64,000 nt of DNA from Felis catus (taxonomy: Eukaryota). A program made the position numbers and the translations under genes. The notes under the pieces are model-generated. The model did not search any database. It was not told where the DNA came from and saw only the letters and a list, made by a program, of their open reading frames with translations. Shown in pieces: positions 36,691 to 50,520 of the stretch (position 1 is the first letter of the stretch; every line of letters starts with the position of its first letter). The stretch is from assembly GCF_018350175.1 (NCBI RefSeq), contig NC_058368.1, positions 141,548,001 through 141,612,000 of the forward strand, read 5' to 3'.

Positions 36691-37574
36691 CACTCTTAGA
36701 CATGAGGTCACTCTGCTGCTCAAAAACCTCTGAGTCTCCACATGGCCTGGGTTATTAAAGCCCAAGCTTCCTGCTTGGCTTCCAAGAGCATTTAAAACCT
36801 AGCCTGACCACCTGTCTCCATGACTCTTTAGTCCAGCAAGCCCTCCACTCCACTCAGGCCAGTAACTTTGCTAGCTCTCTTGACTTCCTTCTTTGATGCA
36901 CCACACGAAGGAGCACTGTCAGAACTGCTTGCCTTCCTTACTTCCATCCCACCATCCTTCAAGTGTCCCCTCCATCTTGTCCTTGAAGTGTGTCAGCCGA
37001 TGCTATTCCTGTCTTACAATTCTTATCATTCACGTCTTTTATTTTCAGCATCTGAATACCACCCGTCTACCCGCAAGTGTTGCAGGGGCAGAGCCTTGCA
37101 TGATAGATGCTGAAAAATGTTCATGCTTGTTTTGTCTGCCTCACCTGCCAAAGGGAGGATGTAAACCTATAACCTTGGCTCCACAAATCAGAAACACTCA
37201 TCCTAGACTTTGCAGCGGGAACTGGTGTTGCAGAGCAAAGATGAGAATGTAGTGCTTTCTCTGGTGGTAATGGTGGTGGTAGCCAGAATTCCTAGGACAA
37301 TTATGGCAGAGAGGGAACCGGTGTGTGCAGTGTCCACGGGGTAGTCATGTAGAAAGAACTAATGATTTTAGTGTCTGTACAGATCTGTCCTGCAACATAA
37401 TTTGGGGATTGTTATTAGCTAGACAGCCAATATTTATTGGCAGTCTTCATGAGTTGTATGTTCCTCGAGAGCAGAGATCTTTGCTTGTCTTGCTTACTAT
37501 TTCATCCAAGCTCCATTATAGTGTCTGGCTAATATAACAGTAGAGGCTCAAGAAATACTTGTTGCTTAAATTTA

Positions 37575-37897
37575 CAGTTGGCCCTTGAACAACATCAGGG
37601 TTAGGGATGCTGATACCTCCCATGTGGTAAAAAAATCTGCATAGAACTTTTGATTCCCCAAAAGTTGACTACTAATAACCTGTTGACTGGAAGCCTTACT
37701 GATAACATAAACAGTTGATTAACACGTATTTTGTATGTTTTATGTATTATATGCTGTATTCTTATAGCAAGCTAGAGAAAACCAAATATGAAAATCGTAA
37801 GACAAAATATATTTATGGTACTGTACTGTCTGTATAAAAAAAATCGTGTATTAGTGGACCCACACTGTTCAAACCCATGTTGTTCAAGGATCAACTG
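37575..37897. mobile_element. Tigger2-derived Tc1/mariner MITE
   Basis: TIRs cagttggcccttgaacaacat and atgttgttcaaggatcaactg, with a TA target duplication on both sides. Confidence 0.85.
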
Positions 37898-38074
37898 TAA
37901 CTTTTTAATCCATTTAAGCTTTGTTGTGTGGGATGAGATAAAAATCTATTTTTCTCAGTAGGTAACTGACTTGCCTAATTCCATTTATTTATTATCCATC
38001 CTTTACCTCCACCAGGTACTTAGGTATTTATATATACTTGGGGCCTGTTTGGGTTTTCTATCGGACTCCTCTGA

Positions 38075-38245
38075 GTTTGTTTTTTTGTTTCTTTGTTTGT
38101 TTAGAGAGAGCAAGACGGGGGGCGAGGGGTAGAGGAAGAGAGAGAATATTAATCAGGACGCGGAGCTGGATCTCACAATCCTGGGATCAAGACCTGAGCC
38201 GAAATCGAGTTGGACACTCAACCGACTGAGCTACCCAGGTGCCCC
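38075..38245 (-). mobile_element. CAN-SINE (internally deleted)
   Basis: Reverse head accgactgagctacccaggtgcccc with a shortened body. Confidence 0.85.
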
Positions 38246-38444
38246 TCTACTGACTGAGTTTAATCGTGTGCCAGTTTCAGTGTTTAAATGCAGTAGTTTT
38301 AAGTTTCGACATCCATCTGCACCATTTCCTACATTATCCTCTCTTCCTTACGAATTCTCCATTTTTAAGATTTTCTTGGATTTTCTTGGTTTATTTTTTC
38401 TCTCTATATAATTTTGGTAATTGTGGTATTACATTTATGTATTT

Positions 38445-38666
38445 ACATTTTTTTAAAGTTTATTCATTTTTGAGAGAGGGAGAGGGAGAGACAAAGTACG
38501 AACGGGGAGGGGTAGAGAGAGACAGAGATACAAAATCTGAGGCAGGCTCCAGGCTCCAAGCTGTCAGCACGGAGACCAACACAGGGCTTGAACTCATAAA
38601 CTGCTCGATCATGACCTGAGCTGAAGTCGGATGCTTGCTTAACCGACTGAGTCATCCAGGTGCCCC
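38445..38666 (-). mobile_element. CAN-SINE
   Basis: Full-length; tacatttat on both sides. Confidence 0.92.
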
Positions 38667-38787
38667 TACATTTATATATTAATTTGTGGAAAATTTACAT
38701 CTTTAAAATATTTTTACGAAGTGTATTAGGTTTCCTATTTCCCTGTACACTCACTGCATAGTATCAATTTAAATTTCATTAATCTTG

Positions 38788-39004
38788 GGTCACCTGGGTG
38801 ACTCAGGTGGATGAGTGTCTGGCTCTTGACTTCAGCTCAGGTCATGATCCCAGGGTGGTGGGATCAAGCCCATGAGTCAGGCTCCGAGCTGAGTGTGGAG
38901 CCTGCATAAGATTCTCCCTCTCCCTCTTTCTCTCCTTCTCTCTCTCTCTCCCTCCCTCTGCTTTCTCCCCTGCTCCCATATGCTCTCTCTTAAAAAAAAA
39001 AAAA
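38788..39004 (+). mobile_element. Older CAN-SINE
   Basis: gggtcacctgggtgactcag head, (CT)n, A tail. Confidence 0.88.
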
Positions 39005-39271
39005 CAACAACTGTTAATTAGTTTCACCAATGTTTTCTTCTACCTTTCAATTTTTTTTCTTTATATTGAAATCTTTGACTCAGTTAAAATTTATTTTGGT
39101 GTGAGAAGTGAAATAGAGATCCAGCTTTATTTCTACCCCTCATTGATTAGCCAGTTATCCCAATATGATTTATTAAATATTCTCTTTCTCCCAAGGTTCT
39201 GAAATTTCCATAAGCATATACTAAATTCTCATAAATATATATTTGGGTTTACTTCTGCGTTCTATTCTCTT

Positions 39272-39484
39272 ATTTTTTTTTTAACGTTTATTTATTTTTG
39301 GGACAGAGAGAGACAGAGCATGAACGGGGGAGGGGCAGAGAGAGAGGGAGACACAGAATCGGAAACAGGCTCCAGGCTCTGAGCCATCAGCCCAGAGCCC
39401 GACGCGGGGCTCGAACTCACGGACCGCGAGATCGTGACCTGGCTGAAGTCGGACGCTCAACCGACTGCGCCACCCAGGCGCCCC
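39272..39484 (-). mobile_element. Young CAN-SINE (SINEC_Fc-type)
   Basis: CpGs intact; TSD tctattctctta on both sides. Confidence 0.97.
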
Positions 39485-39830
39485 TCTATTCTCTTATTTT
39501 CTTTTACCATATATTTAATTATTGCAACTTGTAAAAACAAACTTTTAATAGTGAGCAAAACTAGTTCTCCCTCATTACTATTCTTTTTCATATCCCTGTC
39601 CCAGTTTTTAAATTGGATTTCTTAATAATTTCCTAAAATTCTCATCTTCCCCCAACCCTGATGTATTTAATTCATCGGATTTACAGATTGACATAGAAAT
39701 AAAACACATTTGACATTAACTTTCCATATATAGTACAAGTCATTTTTAAAAATGTTGTCCTCTATGACTCAGTATGGATTCGTTTCTGCACTTTTGGTAA
39801 TTTCTGGCATATATCAAAGCTTAGGTTCTG

Positions 39831-40464
39831 TGTATTAGTTTCTTAGACTGCTATAACAAAGTGTCACAAACTGGGAGGCTTAAAACAACAGAAATGTATT
39901 GTCTCACAGTTTTGGAGGCTAGAAGTCTCAAATCAAGGTGTTGACAGAGCCATACCCTCTCAAGGAATCTAAGAGCAGCTGTTCCATTCCTTTCTTTTAG
40001 CTTCTAGTGTCACTTTTGTGTTCCTTGGCTTGCATAAATCTAATCTCTATCTATGTTGTCATCTGGCCTTCTCTCTCACGTTATTTTTGGACATCAGTCA
40101 TAGATTAAGGGCCTACCCTAGTTATGAACTCACTGCAACTAATTACATCAGCAAGATGTAATTTAAAAAAAATTTTTTTAAAGTTTATTTATTTAGAGAG
40201 AGACAAAGACAGTGCAAGTGGAGGAGGGGCAGAGAGAGTCAGAAGGAGAATCCCAAGCAAGCTCAGCACAGGGCCCTAAGCCCCGCTTGAACTCATGAAA
40301 CCCTGAGATTATGACCTGAGCCGAAACCCAGAGTCGGACACTTTACTGACTGAGCCACCCAGGCACTCCAGCAAGGACCTTATTTCTAAATACAGTCACA
40401 TTCTGAGTACTGGGGGTGAGGGTTTCAACATATCTTTTTGGGAGATATAATTCAACTCGTAACA
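39831..40464. mobile_element. MaLR LTR (MLT1C/D-like) with a SINE inserted
   Basis: tgtattagtt...gctataacaaag...cacaaactgggaggcttaaaacaacagaaatgtattgtctcacagttttggaggctagaagtc; ends aattcaactcgtaaca. Confidence 0.8.
40163..40369 (-). mobile_element. CAN-SINE
   Basis: Reverse head actgagccacccaggcactcc; cagcaag on both flanks. Confidence 0.88.
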
Positions 40465-42283
40465 ATTTTATATACTAATTTTGCAGCTACCCACTTTACC
40501 TCATTCCTTCTAATTACTTTACAGGTGACTCTTGTGTTTCCCTAGTACATATCAACTGCATACAGTGAAAATGATCTTTTTCACTTTTTCACTATTTCAC
40601 ACTTCATCCTTTATGTAGTGTCTTTGGTAAAAACTATATCACACCCAGCCAACAGATATTTTTAAAAATTTGCTTCATTGTTTTTAAAATTTGAATTTGG
40701 TTACTGAAGTGAAACATTTTTGAAAAACCTATCCATTTGTATTTCTTCTTTTATGAACTGTGTGTTTCTATCCTTTATTTTTTATACTGGGGATTCTTTA
40801 ATTTGAAAGGGCTCTTTGTGCATTAAAAATATTAACCTCTTAATTCCCCCAAGATGTTGAAACTTGTCAACTATCCAGCAGTCAACAGAAAGCAATAAAC
40901 GAAATATAAGATTGTGATCCACTGTTTCATAAATTAATTATACCTTTCAGTGCAACAGTCCAATACATGAACAAATGCCTCTCGTATTATAAGAGCAATA
41001 AGACGAATAGTGGAGTGCAATATAGATTTTTATGAAGCACTCTTGAAAATTTCAAGTACACTAATACTTATAACTTGTTTCATAGTGCACCATTTCTCAA
41101 CCATTCAATTTCTTTCCAGCTAAAAGCACTCAAAAGAGTCTCAAGGACTAAATTATCTGATTAACCCTTTAATGCCAAATGCTTCACAGAGCTTGCTCAA
41201 TATACACGTCAAGTTTACACTGACATTTAAAAGGCCCTAACTTGCCATCAAAGTAAGGATTAATCTGTCCTTGGTTTATCTAAATGGCCAAATAATAAGA
41301 TTTAAGTGATAACCAGCTGTAGGATATGTCCTTATTAAATTTGATAGGATTTTTAAAAAGCCAAGTAATGTAATGAAGTTTGCAAAGTAATTTAGATTAA
41401 CCAGGTTTGACTGCTCAATTTGGAAGTGATTCACTGCACAGGTATAGGCATAGAGACGATTTTTAAATATTGGGCTTTGAATGTTCCTGACCAGAAAGTC
41501 AAGAGATGCTAAATGAACATTAAAATATATTGTTTCAACCAGCCTTCCTTATTCATAAAACAAACATGTGCTTATTTTAGCAGTTTTTTTTTAAACTTCC
41601 CACAAGTTCCATTTCTTCCCAAGGAACTGTTTGCATAACTAATGGTTATGCAATTAATATGGTACAATATATAATAAAAGACAACCCAGCTCTTGAAACG
41701 TTAATACTCATCCAAAATATAAACATCCCAAAAGCCCAGTCCCATTGACCAAAAATGTCCAAGTGAAAATGCTAGAACTTGGAAATGCTCAATGGCATTA
41801 AAACCAGCCTGGATACGGTTACTTTAACTCATTCCACAGGCTATGTTTGTACTTCTTTATCCTATGCACATTCTTACCTAGAAATGATATGCCCTTTGCT
41901 ATGCAGAAAAATACAGAAAAGTTAGGTTTACTACTCAATTCTGTCACTTGTCTTTGTTTTGCCTATTTGCTCTATGAAAGCCATTGTATTATAGTCTGTG
42001 CAAGGACTATAGGTACCTAACAAATGTTAGATGACTACATGTTACAATGACACTTTATACCTGCAATGTGTATAACTTTGCACACATTCACAGGGGCAAT
42101 TGTTTATATATATTATAACCATTTATTTATATATAGGATAAATATCCTTAATCATAAATAAATGGAGAGAGAGAGAGAGAGAGGGAACTCTTATAAGTAG
42201 AAGCATTTTATATTATTGTATTAGGGTAGTATTTTTCACAACCCAATAGCAGGTAGTCATAATCATTATTAAAAAATTGAAAC

Positions 42284-42474
42284 GGGTGCCTGGGTGGCTC
42301 AGTCAGTTAAGTGTCTGACTTTGGCTCAGGTCATGATCTCACCGTTCCCGAGTTTGAGCCCTGCGTCGGGCTCTGTGCTGACAGCTGGGAGCCTGGAGCC
42401 TGCTTCAGATTCTGTGTGTGTCTCTCTCTCTGCCCCTCCCCCACTTGTGCTGTCTTAAAAAAATAAAATAAAAT
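42284..42474 (+). mobile_element. CAN-SINE
   Basis: gggtgcctgggtggctcagtcagttaag head; tgaaac-containing flanking duplication. Confidence 0.92.
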
Positions 42475-44030
42475 GAAACAGAGAACTGAGAAATTGTACA
42501 TATTAAAGAGGACTTCTTGTTTTACGTATATATAGACTCTTCTAAGTAGGTACTGGGTCACAATGGAAAACATGTTTCTCATTGAGGTTTGTGGTAAAAA
42601 TAGTTTGAAAATCACTGTTAAGTGTGTTTGTGGTGTAATGGTATCCTTCATAGCATTCTTTCTATCACTCCAGAGGTTAGAGATGTTCCTGCTTTTTACC
42701 TATTCTACAAATGTTTACTAAGCAACTGCTATATATTGGTTGGGGTCAGGTATTGGTGGAGAAAGAAAAAGGCAATATTACCTTTGGGAATTTCCACCCA
42801 AATGTCCCAAAGTTGTAAGGTTTTAAATCAAAGCTTAAAAACAAGTTGACACTGAATGAATTACTACTGTTCTTAACTTACTGTGCCTCTTGATGGCTGT
42901 GAAAACATAACTGGGATGTGTCAAAATTTTCCAGGAATAAACCTTCACAGAATGTTAAGTTTCTTGCTGCTTCTGATCAGTGTCTGGAAAGAGATCCAGT
43001 ATAAAATCTATAGCTGAGATAGAAATTCGCTAAAGGTATACTTATTTTCATCTACCTTGTTAATTTCTCCTTTCTTAGGCTTTTTGGCAAGAAAATAATT
43101 TTTTTCAGCAACCAATATTTGGGTCCTGGCTGCAAAACTTCCCCTTCAGTAGTACTTTTTTTCTGGAGGGACCAGTATTTTTTCCTATGAATATGTATGG
43201 TATTTGTGTATTTGGCAGAAGATTGAAATGAGATTGTTTTACATTTCAGAAATGGTAAAATGCCTTTTAAATGATATTTTATTTGGAAAACTAAATATGG
43301 TCCCTTCCCTCTCCCATAAACCAACCTATTCTGATGCTAAGTATCAACCACAAAATAATTTAGAATTTCAATTCTCCTGCTACTCAAATCTCTAATATTA
43401 AGCCTTAAGTATAAAGTTTTACATTGTAATTATGTTTTCATTTCTTCATTCTTCCCCTCCCCACCTCGTATACTTTAAAAATGGCATGTAATATTAAGAC
43501 GATGACACTTCAATTTAGAAATGCTTCTGATGTATGTTATTCCCTGATGAAGTAATTTTCTGCATGTATAAAGATTTTATTTAAAAAATTATGCATTCTG
43601 TGCTTTAAAACAATAGTACCCTTTAAAAATAACAGAATAGTATTATTTTTCTCTTCTCTTTTTGATAGGTTCAATAAACGTTATGGTTTCTAGTGATTAG
43701 TGACTTCCAAAATCAGATCAACCATCCTACAAGTATGTATCTTATAGCAGCAAAAATTCAGCTTCTGTTATTTTTTCAGTTACGAGTTTTAAAGTTTAAA
43801 TGCTGTTATTACTATTTTAGTTCTTTAGATCATTGTTCATGCTAGACTGGTGATATAAAGCTCATACACATTTTCAAGAAATAGGAGGTTAAATGAGTTG
43901 TCATATATTTTTAGAAAATAAACTGAAATGATTAAGTAATTCATTGGTTTACAACTGTACTGGAAAAAATACTTTGTGATAAAATGATACGCTTTTCTAG
44001 TCAATCAAGAGAATCCAGGTTTGGCTATGG

Positions 44031-44190
44031 CCAGTGTATGCTGGAGCTGGCTCATATCTTCCCAACTTTGTGCTCAGTGATGTCATGTTAGTAACTTGAA
44101 ATTAATCACAGTGGGAGTATTTATACCACCAAAGTCAGAGGTTCCCTTTCCATTTTGAAGATCTGTTAAACATTTCCTAGTACACCAATG
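44031..44190. mobile_element. hAT-Blackjack MITE (MER63-like)
   Basis: ccagtgtatgctggagctggctc...tcttcccaact...cagtgatgtcatgttagtaacttgaaatt...gttaaacatttcctagtacacca resembles recalled MER63. Confidence 0.6.
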
Positions 44191-44616
44191 ACAATAGCTA
44201 TTATTCCTTGAAAATACAATTCAATTCTTTGTTCGTAAGAATTCTATTTGAAGACCTAAATCACTGGTGTTTTTTGTATAAATCTATCTTTCTGGGAAAA
44301 GACTTAAATGTTTCCGTTGGTTAACAGTAATGGAAATGCTAGACTTTGACTATGAAAGCATAAATATGTGAGGCCTTATCCACAGAGAGCTTCTTTCTTT
44401 TGAAGGAATTGTACCCTATTTAGAATAAACTGTTCAAAATTTGGATTTTTAACTAAAAAAAAAAGGTATCTTATTTTTAACTGAATCCATATTTATGAAG
44501 CAAAATACTTAGACTTCAAAGAGAACCTGACAGATTTTAATTCTCTGTTAAAAATGTCTATGATTTAATGATAAAAGGTTAATTAAAAATATGGTGTAAA
44601 GTATGATATAAACAAT

Positions 44617-44639
44617 TTTATTAGACGAATTCATTTATT
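44617..44639 (-). terminator. TBCA: TBCA polyadenylation signals (two AATAAA)
   Basis: tttatt on + at 44617-44622 and 44634-44639, about 170-190 nt after the stop codon. Confidence 0.75.
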
Positions 44640-44807
44640 TGACACATTAAATTAGGCAAAGAAAAATATATGCAACTGCATAAAAAGAATCACATTCTCC
44701 TACTACTTGAACATACAGCAGTGGTCAAAAATAATGAATTGTGGAATGGATCCCAAGATTTAATGAAAAAAAAAAACAAAAAAACAAACACCCTGTACAG
44801 AAAAACT

Positions 44808-44888
44808 TCAGGCTTCTAACTTCACTGAATCCAATACTAAGCGTGCTTCCTTATATTCCTCAGCTTCTTCCAAGTCTTTTTCACTCTC
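44808..44888 (-). CDS. TBCA: TBCA last coding exon (ESEKDLEEAEEYKEARLVLDSVKLEA*)
   Basis: Acceptor atttcatttcAG|GAG at 44889/44888; TGA at 44810-44808; matches the TBCA C-terminus. Confidence 0.97.
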   Translation of the reverse strand, partial: ESEKDLEEAEEYKEARLVLDSVKLEA

Positions 44889-46987
44889 CTGAAATGAAAT
44901 ATAATAAAAATTAGATTTCTCCTTCTCAGCTTTAGTCCTTTGTGATTTCCTCAAATATTATAAACGAACAATATAAAAATCTCAAAAATTAACACAAAAA
45001 TGATTCCAATCCCCATCTAAATATTGTTTAATTTCAAAGATTTCCCATGTTCTTTCTTCCTTTATAGTTAAGAGAAGAAAAATAGGTTTGGTTTTGTTTC
45101 ACTACATAGCATTCTCACAGATTAAGTGAAAAACATGGTCATCTACAGCTACTGGCATTAAAGAATTAAATAAAAACCTCAAAAAAATTAACACAAAATT
45201 TTATTCTCATTTTGTCAACATGTCACTATACAAAAGGATTATGAGTGGACTCAAAATAAAAAAAAATGATGGTTTACTAAAATGTTACATATATAAAAAC
45301 ATTCAGACCAAATTAATCTTCCAACTACTCACAACGACCAAGAAGGCTAGTGGTGTCACACCAGAGTTAAGTATCATCTTCAAATTAGAAAACTGAACTG
45401 TCCGCTTATTAATGAGTATTATATGTTGTACTACAAGGAAACAAAGTACTAACATCTTTTATTTTTTGACTGAGTGAATCTTTTCTTGATACTTTATACA
45501 TAAAGCTCTTGCTAATATTATTATGCTAAGAGATAAGTGAAATAATATCATTTAAGTCATTTTGAATGTTTGATTTTTACTTAAATTAAGTAAAGCTATG
45601 GTTAGTTATTCATGTCAGGTCAATAAAAGTTGGGAGCTGTACAAATAGTTATAGAGCAGAGGGAACAGGTATGTGTGTTTATTTAATATGAAAATTTAAA
45701 GCAAAAGGAGTAAGAATTTGCTTAACTCAGACTGCAGGTAAGAATTTCTTAAACCTCTACATGACACCTAAACATGTCTTTAGTCTGTTGGTAAATATAA
45801 GCTCTTTGAGGGTAGAAATATTGTTGGATACATCCATATACACAAATATATCATCCAAAGACAGTATAATTTTTTCAAGCAATTTATATTACTTTTTTAG
45901 CTGCTATATTCATGAGAGAAAAAAAAAACATTTAAATTGTCAGAAAATACAAATGGTGCTTCTGTCTCAAGGAGTATTTTAATATAGTAATTATTTTCTG
46001 CTTTCATCTATCTTTTATTTTAAAACCACGGCTTTACTTTTGTCTGTTAAGGAGAATTACCCTGCCTTTAAAAAGTTCCTATAGATAAATATGGAGTTCT
46101 GTGTCAAAATTAAAGTAAAATGTAAACACCTCTCTTTTTGTTTTTTCTTGCAGATTTAGTCCTAATATTATCTGGGTAGGAAAACAAATGTCATTCTTTT
46201 TCAAAGAATACATATGATCATCTCTCACCATACTTTTGTTATGTAAGAACAATTATAAATCAGGAGAAAGCTATGTAGCTAGTTGATATTAGCTCAAGAA
46301 ATAGAAACGTAAAATGAGATTAGTAAAGGAAATGTTAGAATTCATCAAATTATCATCAAACAGCAATAACAATTGTCTTGAATACAGTATTATCCAGTTA
46401 TCTTTATTAAGAAAGAAATAAGAGGACTTTTAATTATTCTTAGAATCCTTTATAAAATGATTCTGCCACCGTATCACAAAGCATTTACACTATCAAGTAC
46501 GATAACAGTGTTATCCAAGGACTGCCTATATTACAAGGCTTTTTTTCCCTCTCAAACGGATTTAAGTTTGACTCTAAAAGAATTCTAGATCTTTTTAAAA
46601 ATTCATTTGAAACATTTGGATCTTTCAAAATTTTAAATAGTCTACTTATCACTAAAAATGTGCCAAAAAAGACCTTTATGTATGAAAACTAAATAATTCA
46701 AGATATTGCTGGACAATGTTAGTGCCATGAATATCTACCATGGTAACTCAAATATATTTAATTAACTAAGTTTAAACAGAATAAACATGTTAGATATAGT
46801 ACTTCCACTGGAGGCATAATTTAAAACACAATTTAATCTCTGTCAACTGTTTTAAAATATACTGGTATACAGGACAAGTGAACAAAATAGTCCCTAACTA
46901 GTTGACAGTGTTGAATACTAAGATTTGGCCTTCCATGCATTGGACTGAAAGAATTTTTAAACAGAATACAGAGAATTTTTTACTTAC

Positions 46988-47074
46988 TAATAACTGCAGA
47001 AGATCACTATATGCAGCTTCCAACCTGCGCTGGCAATCTGGGATCATCATCCGGGACTCTTGAAGGATCTCTGC
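46988..47074 (-). CDS. TBCA: TBCA exon 3 (87 bp; AEILQESRMMIPDCQRRLEAAYSDLLQLL)
   Basis: Acceptor ttcattatAG|GCA and donor TTA|GTAAGT; phase 0 at both ends; ESRMMIPDC is the cofactor A signature. Confidence 0.97.
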
Positions 47075-50000
47075 CTATAATGAAAATCTCTGTGAGACAC
47101 GCAGAGATGGTAGAACTTATGTGTTTCGTTTATGCCTCTGTAAATATCTAAAATGATTGAGAGGAATCAGGAAAAAATTACAGGTATGTTAAACAGTTCG
47201 ATACTTTAAATTGTGATTATAAGAAGTCAGAAAGAATGACTATCATACTGTAAAATATTCAGAGTACAAGTTTTTGATCATTTGGTAATCACCTTCTCAT
47301 ACTAAGTGAAAATTAGCTGGAAAGGCTTTTCATAGAGCATTTATTTAAAAAGGCCATTTAAAATAAACTATTTTTCCTGCTGTCACAAAGCACCTTTACC
47401 CAAAATGGGATCAGCTGGTTATATAAATATCTCCTGCATCTTCCGAGTAATAAAGAAAAACACTGTTCAGATAATATCACATGGAGATAATTACTGCATG
47501 AAAAAAGTTATTGAGTTATTGATCACATCGTGTGCACACTGCAGGAGGTTCTCACTGAAAGACAGAGGTAAAGAAAAATGAAAAGCAAAGACCAGCAGGT
47601 TCATATTTTTGATGCTTATCATGCATAAAAAGTTATTACTTATCCTTGTGCTTCATTTTAGGAGAGAGATTATTCTCCCCATGCAGTTTGAGCCAAATTA
47701 CCAACCTGGCACCCCTCTGAATCTGAACTTCTGCCTATTCCTCTTGAAGACAGACACAACAGAATTAAACACAAGAATATTTATTCTCGTGGATATTTCT
47801 GGACTTAAAATATAGCATTCAAAGCTGGACTGTAAAATATTGAATCACAAAAGAAAAAAATCAAATCATTCACTGAGAAACCAATCAACAGGAAGGTAAA
47901 TAAATTAGTGTCAGATGTTGGCCCTCAAATAGGTCTGTTTCCTAAGGTGGTAGGAAGCTTTATCTCCTTAAACTATTCTCAGAAAGAAACAGATCATTTA
48001 AAGATTTATTTCCAAAAAGTAGTGTTTGGACAAATACCTTTGGTTAAATGGGTACAAATCCTGAACTTTTCCTAATAAGCTTTCTTACCTAGCTCATCTA
48101 AAATAAAAAGGAAAGACATAACTTAATGGTAATCATATTATATTTTAATACAAACTTAAATAACTCCCAGTACCTTCTTCCTTTTCCCCAATGGTTTTGT
48201 TATAGCTCTCACACTATAAACAAAAATCAGAATCATAATACACAAGGATGCTCTCTGTCCACATCTATTTTTTCAGGTGAAAACCTACTGTTGAACTTGT
48301 AATTCTTTTGCTAACGAGACACTGCTGAAAACTTCAGACAGAGGATCATGACTTTACTTCACTGCTCATCATACTATACCCTGAAATGTAATCACTGCCT
48401 TTAAATTATCTTATGTATCTGGTTAATTTGAATACATGTGAAAAATCAGTGACAGGCACATTTCATTGGATACATGATTTGTATTTCTTCCTTATGGACC
48501 TGCTTTGAGAATAGCTTATATTAATTAAACAAGATGAAATGAATATAAACAGTAAGGTCAAAAACACAGTAAGTAGAAATGTTTTTACTTGTAAAAAAAT
48601 TTTTTGAAAACTTTAGTATAGTGTTGTCAATGAAATAAGCTTCAAGCAATGCAGCCCTCAAAAAATTCTATTATTATTCTATGCATTATTACAGAGCAAG
48701 AATCCTCAATTAATCTATCAAAACAGAACTCTGATGTAACTAGAGCCAAAGATCAGACTCTCCCATATACCAGCCCCAATTCATTTAAATAAGCTTAATG
48801 TATGTCTATAGGATGCCAGGGACGAGGGATATAAAAATGAAAAGAGAAGGTCTCTGTCCTCCATTCCAGTAGAGGAGCACGAACATGAAAATAAACACTT
48901 GACACAGCTTCAAGAAGACCATGCCACTGGGAGCCAAAGGCATACACTACACTGATGACTATGATGTGGAATCCATAAACCACATCTTTATCAAGGCCAT
49001 AAATCATGTACTTTACCTTGTAACAATGAATTACAACTGTCAGGAATAATTTTAAAAGACCATATATAAGGTGTGATTATATAGTAAAGACACCCCTCAA
49101 AATACCTGAACTAAACTAAATGAGTATTATCTTTCAAAATGTTCCCTTAGGAAGGGGTCACTCAAATGAATGGTACCTCTGTTTAAAATATCTGAATAAA
49201 CTCTCAGTTTTTTCTAATGCTGACTAGGACAAGACTGAGGCTAAGTCAGGACCTTGGCACAGATTGGGAGGAAGGGGAGGTAGGTAAGGAGTCTTAGGGA
49301 ACACAACAGGATGTGGTTGTACTTATGTCTTACTGTTTTTAAAACAAGTTGTGATTTTGGGGTATCATAATGGAAGTTAGGTAAAATGGAAGTCTGGGGA
49401 GGCTTAGCAACTCTCAGATTATAATAATGAATATATTACTAAACTAAAGTTGAATCAATTTCCTTTATAATCAAATGTAGATAAGTTGGAGAGGGAAAGG
49501 AAAAGCCGTAATTGGCAGATTTTCATTTTTTCAGAAAGAAGAGTTCCATGAAAGAATCTGGCCAATGTCAAGTTCTTTTGCTATTGCTCAATTGACATAA
49601 GATTTCTAGCTTCTTTAATGATCCATTCACCCAGGGCGGGCTATACCTAATCTATAGGCACTCTAATTTTGGTATACTGGCTGTCTCTGGAACCAATGGT
49701 AACTACATTAGTTTGCCAAACTGGGCTTCAGGGTAGTTCAGAGATGACTGTAACAATGGTTAAGTCTCCTTTTACATGGAGGTAAACTGGTAATGTGCTA
49801 ATAAACATGTTAAGAAATCCATCTGACTTTTAAAAGAGACGGAAAGAGAAACGTGTAACTACGTAAGGTGATGCATATGTTAAGGACCTTGGTTATGGTG
49901 GATATTTTACAATGTATAAATTTATCAAATCATCAAACTGCACACCTTAAATATATACAATTTTAAACTGTCCACTATACCTCAATATAGACAGGGGAGA

Positions 50001-50318
50001 AAGACAGAAAGATGGCCTCCAATGATCCTGCTCTTGTGCAGTCGCCTCCCACACTACATTTGGGCTGGGCCTGTGACCAAAGGAATATGGCAGAAATGGC
50101 CTTCTGGAACCTAAGACCAGCTTCCACATGGGCTTCTTGAAAAGCTTATTTTTAGGAAATCCTTCTCTCAGGACCCAGTTGTCATGCTGTAAGAAGTGGA
50201 GGAAGAAAGGGAGGGAGGGAGGAAGGAGGAAGGAAGGATTTTGACTTGTGTTTTGTGGTTACTGATGAATGACTAAGGATATGCAATGAATTCCATGAAT
50301 AAAAAATAATCTGGGCCT

Positions 50319-50520
50319 GGGGTGCCTGGGTGGCTCAGTTAAGTGTCCAACTCTTGACTTTGGCTCAAGTCATGATCTCATGATTCGTGAGTTCATTCTC
50401 AAGTCAGGCTTTGTGCTGACAGTGTGGAGCCTGCTTGGCATTTTCTCTCTCCCTCTCTCTCTGCCCTTACCCTGCTTGCACTCTCTCTCTCAAAATAAAT
50501 AAATAAACATAAAAAATAAT
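50319..50520 (+). mobile_element. CAN-SINE
   Basis: TSD aataatctgggcct at 50305-50318 and 50521-50534. Confidence 0.93.
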
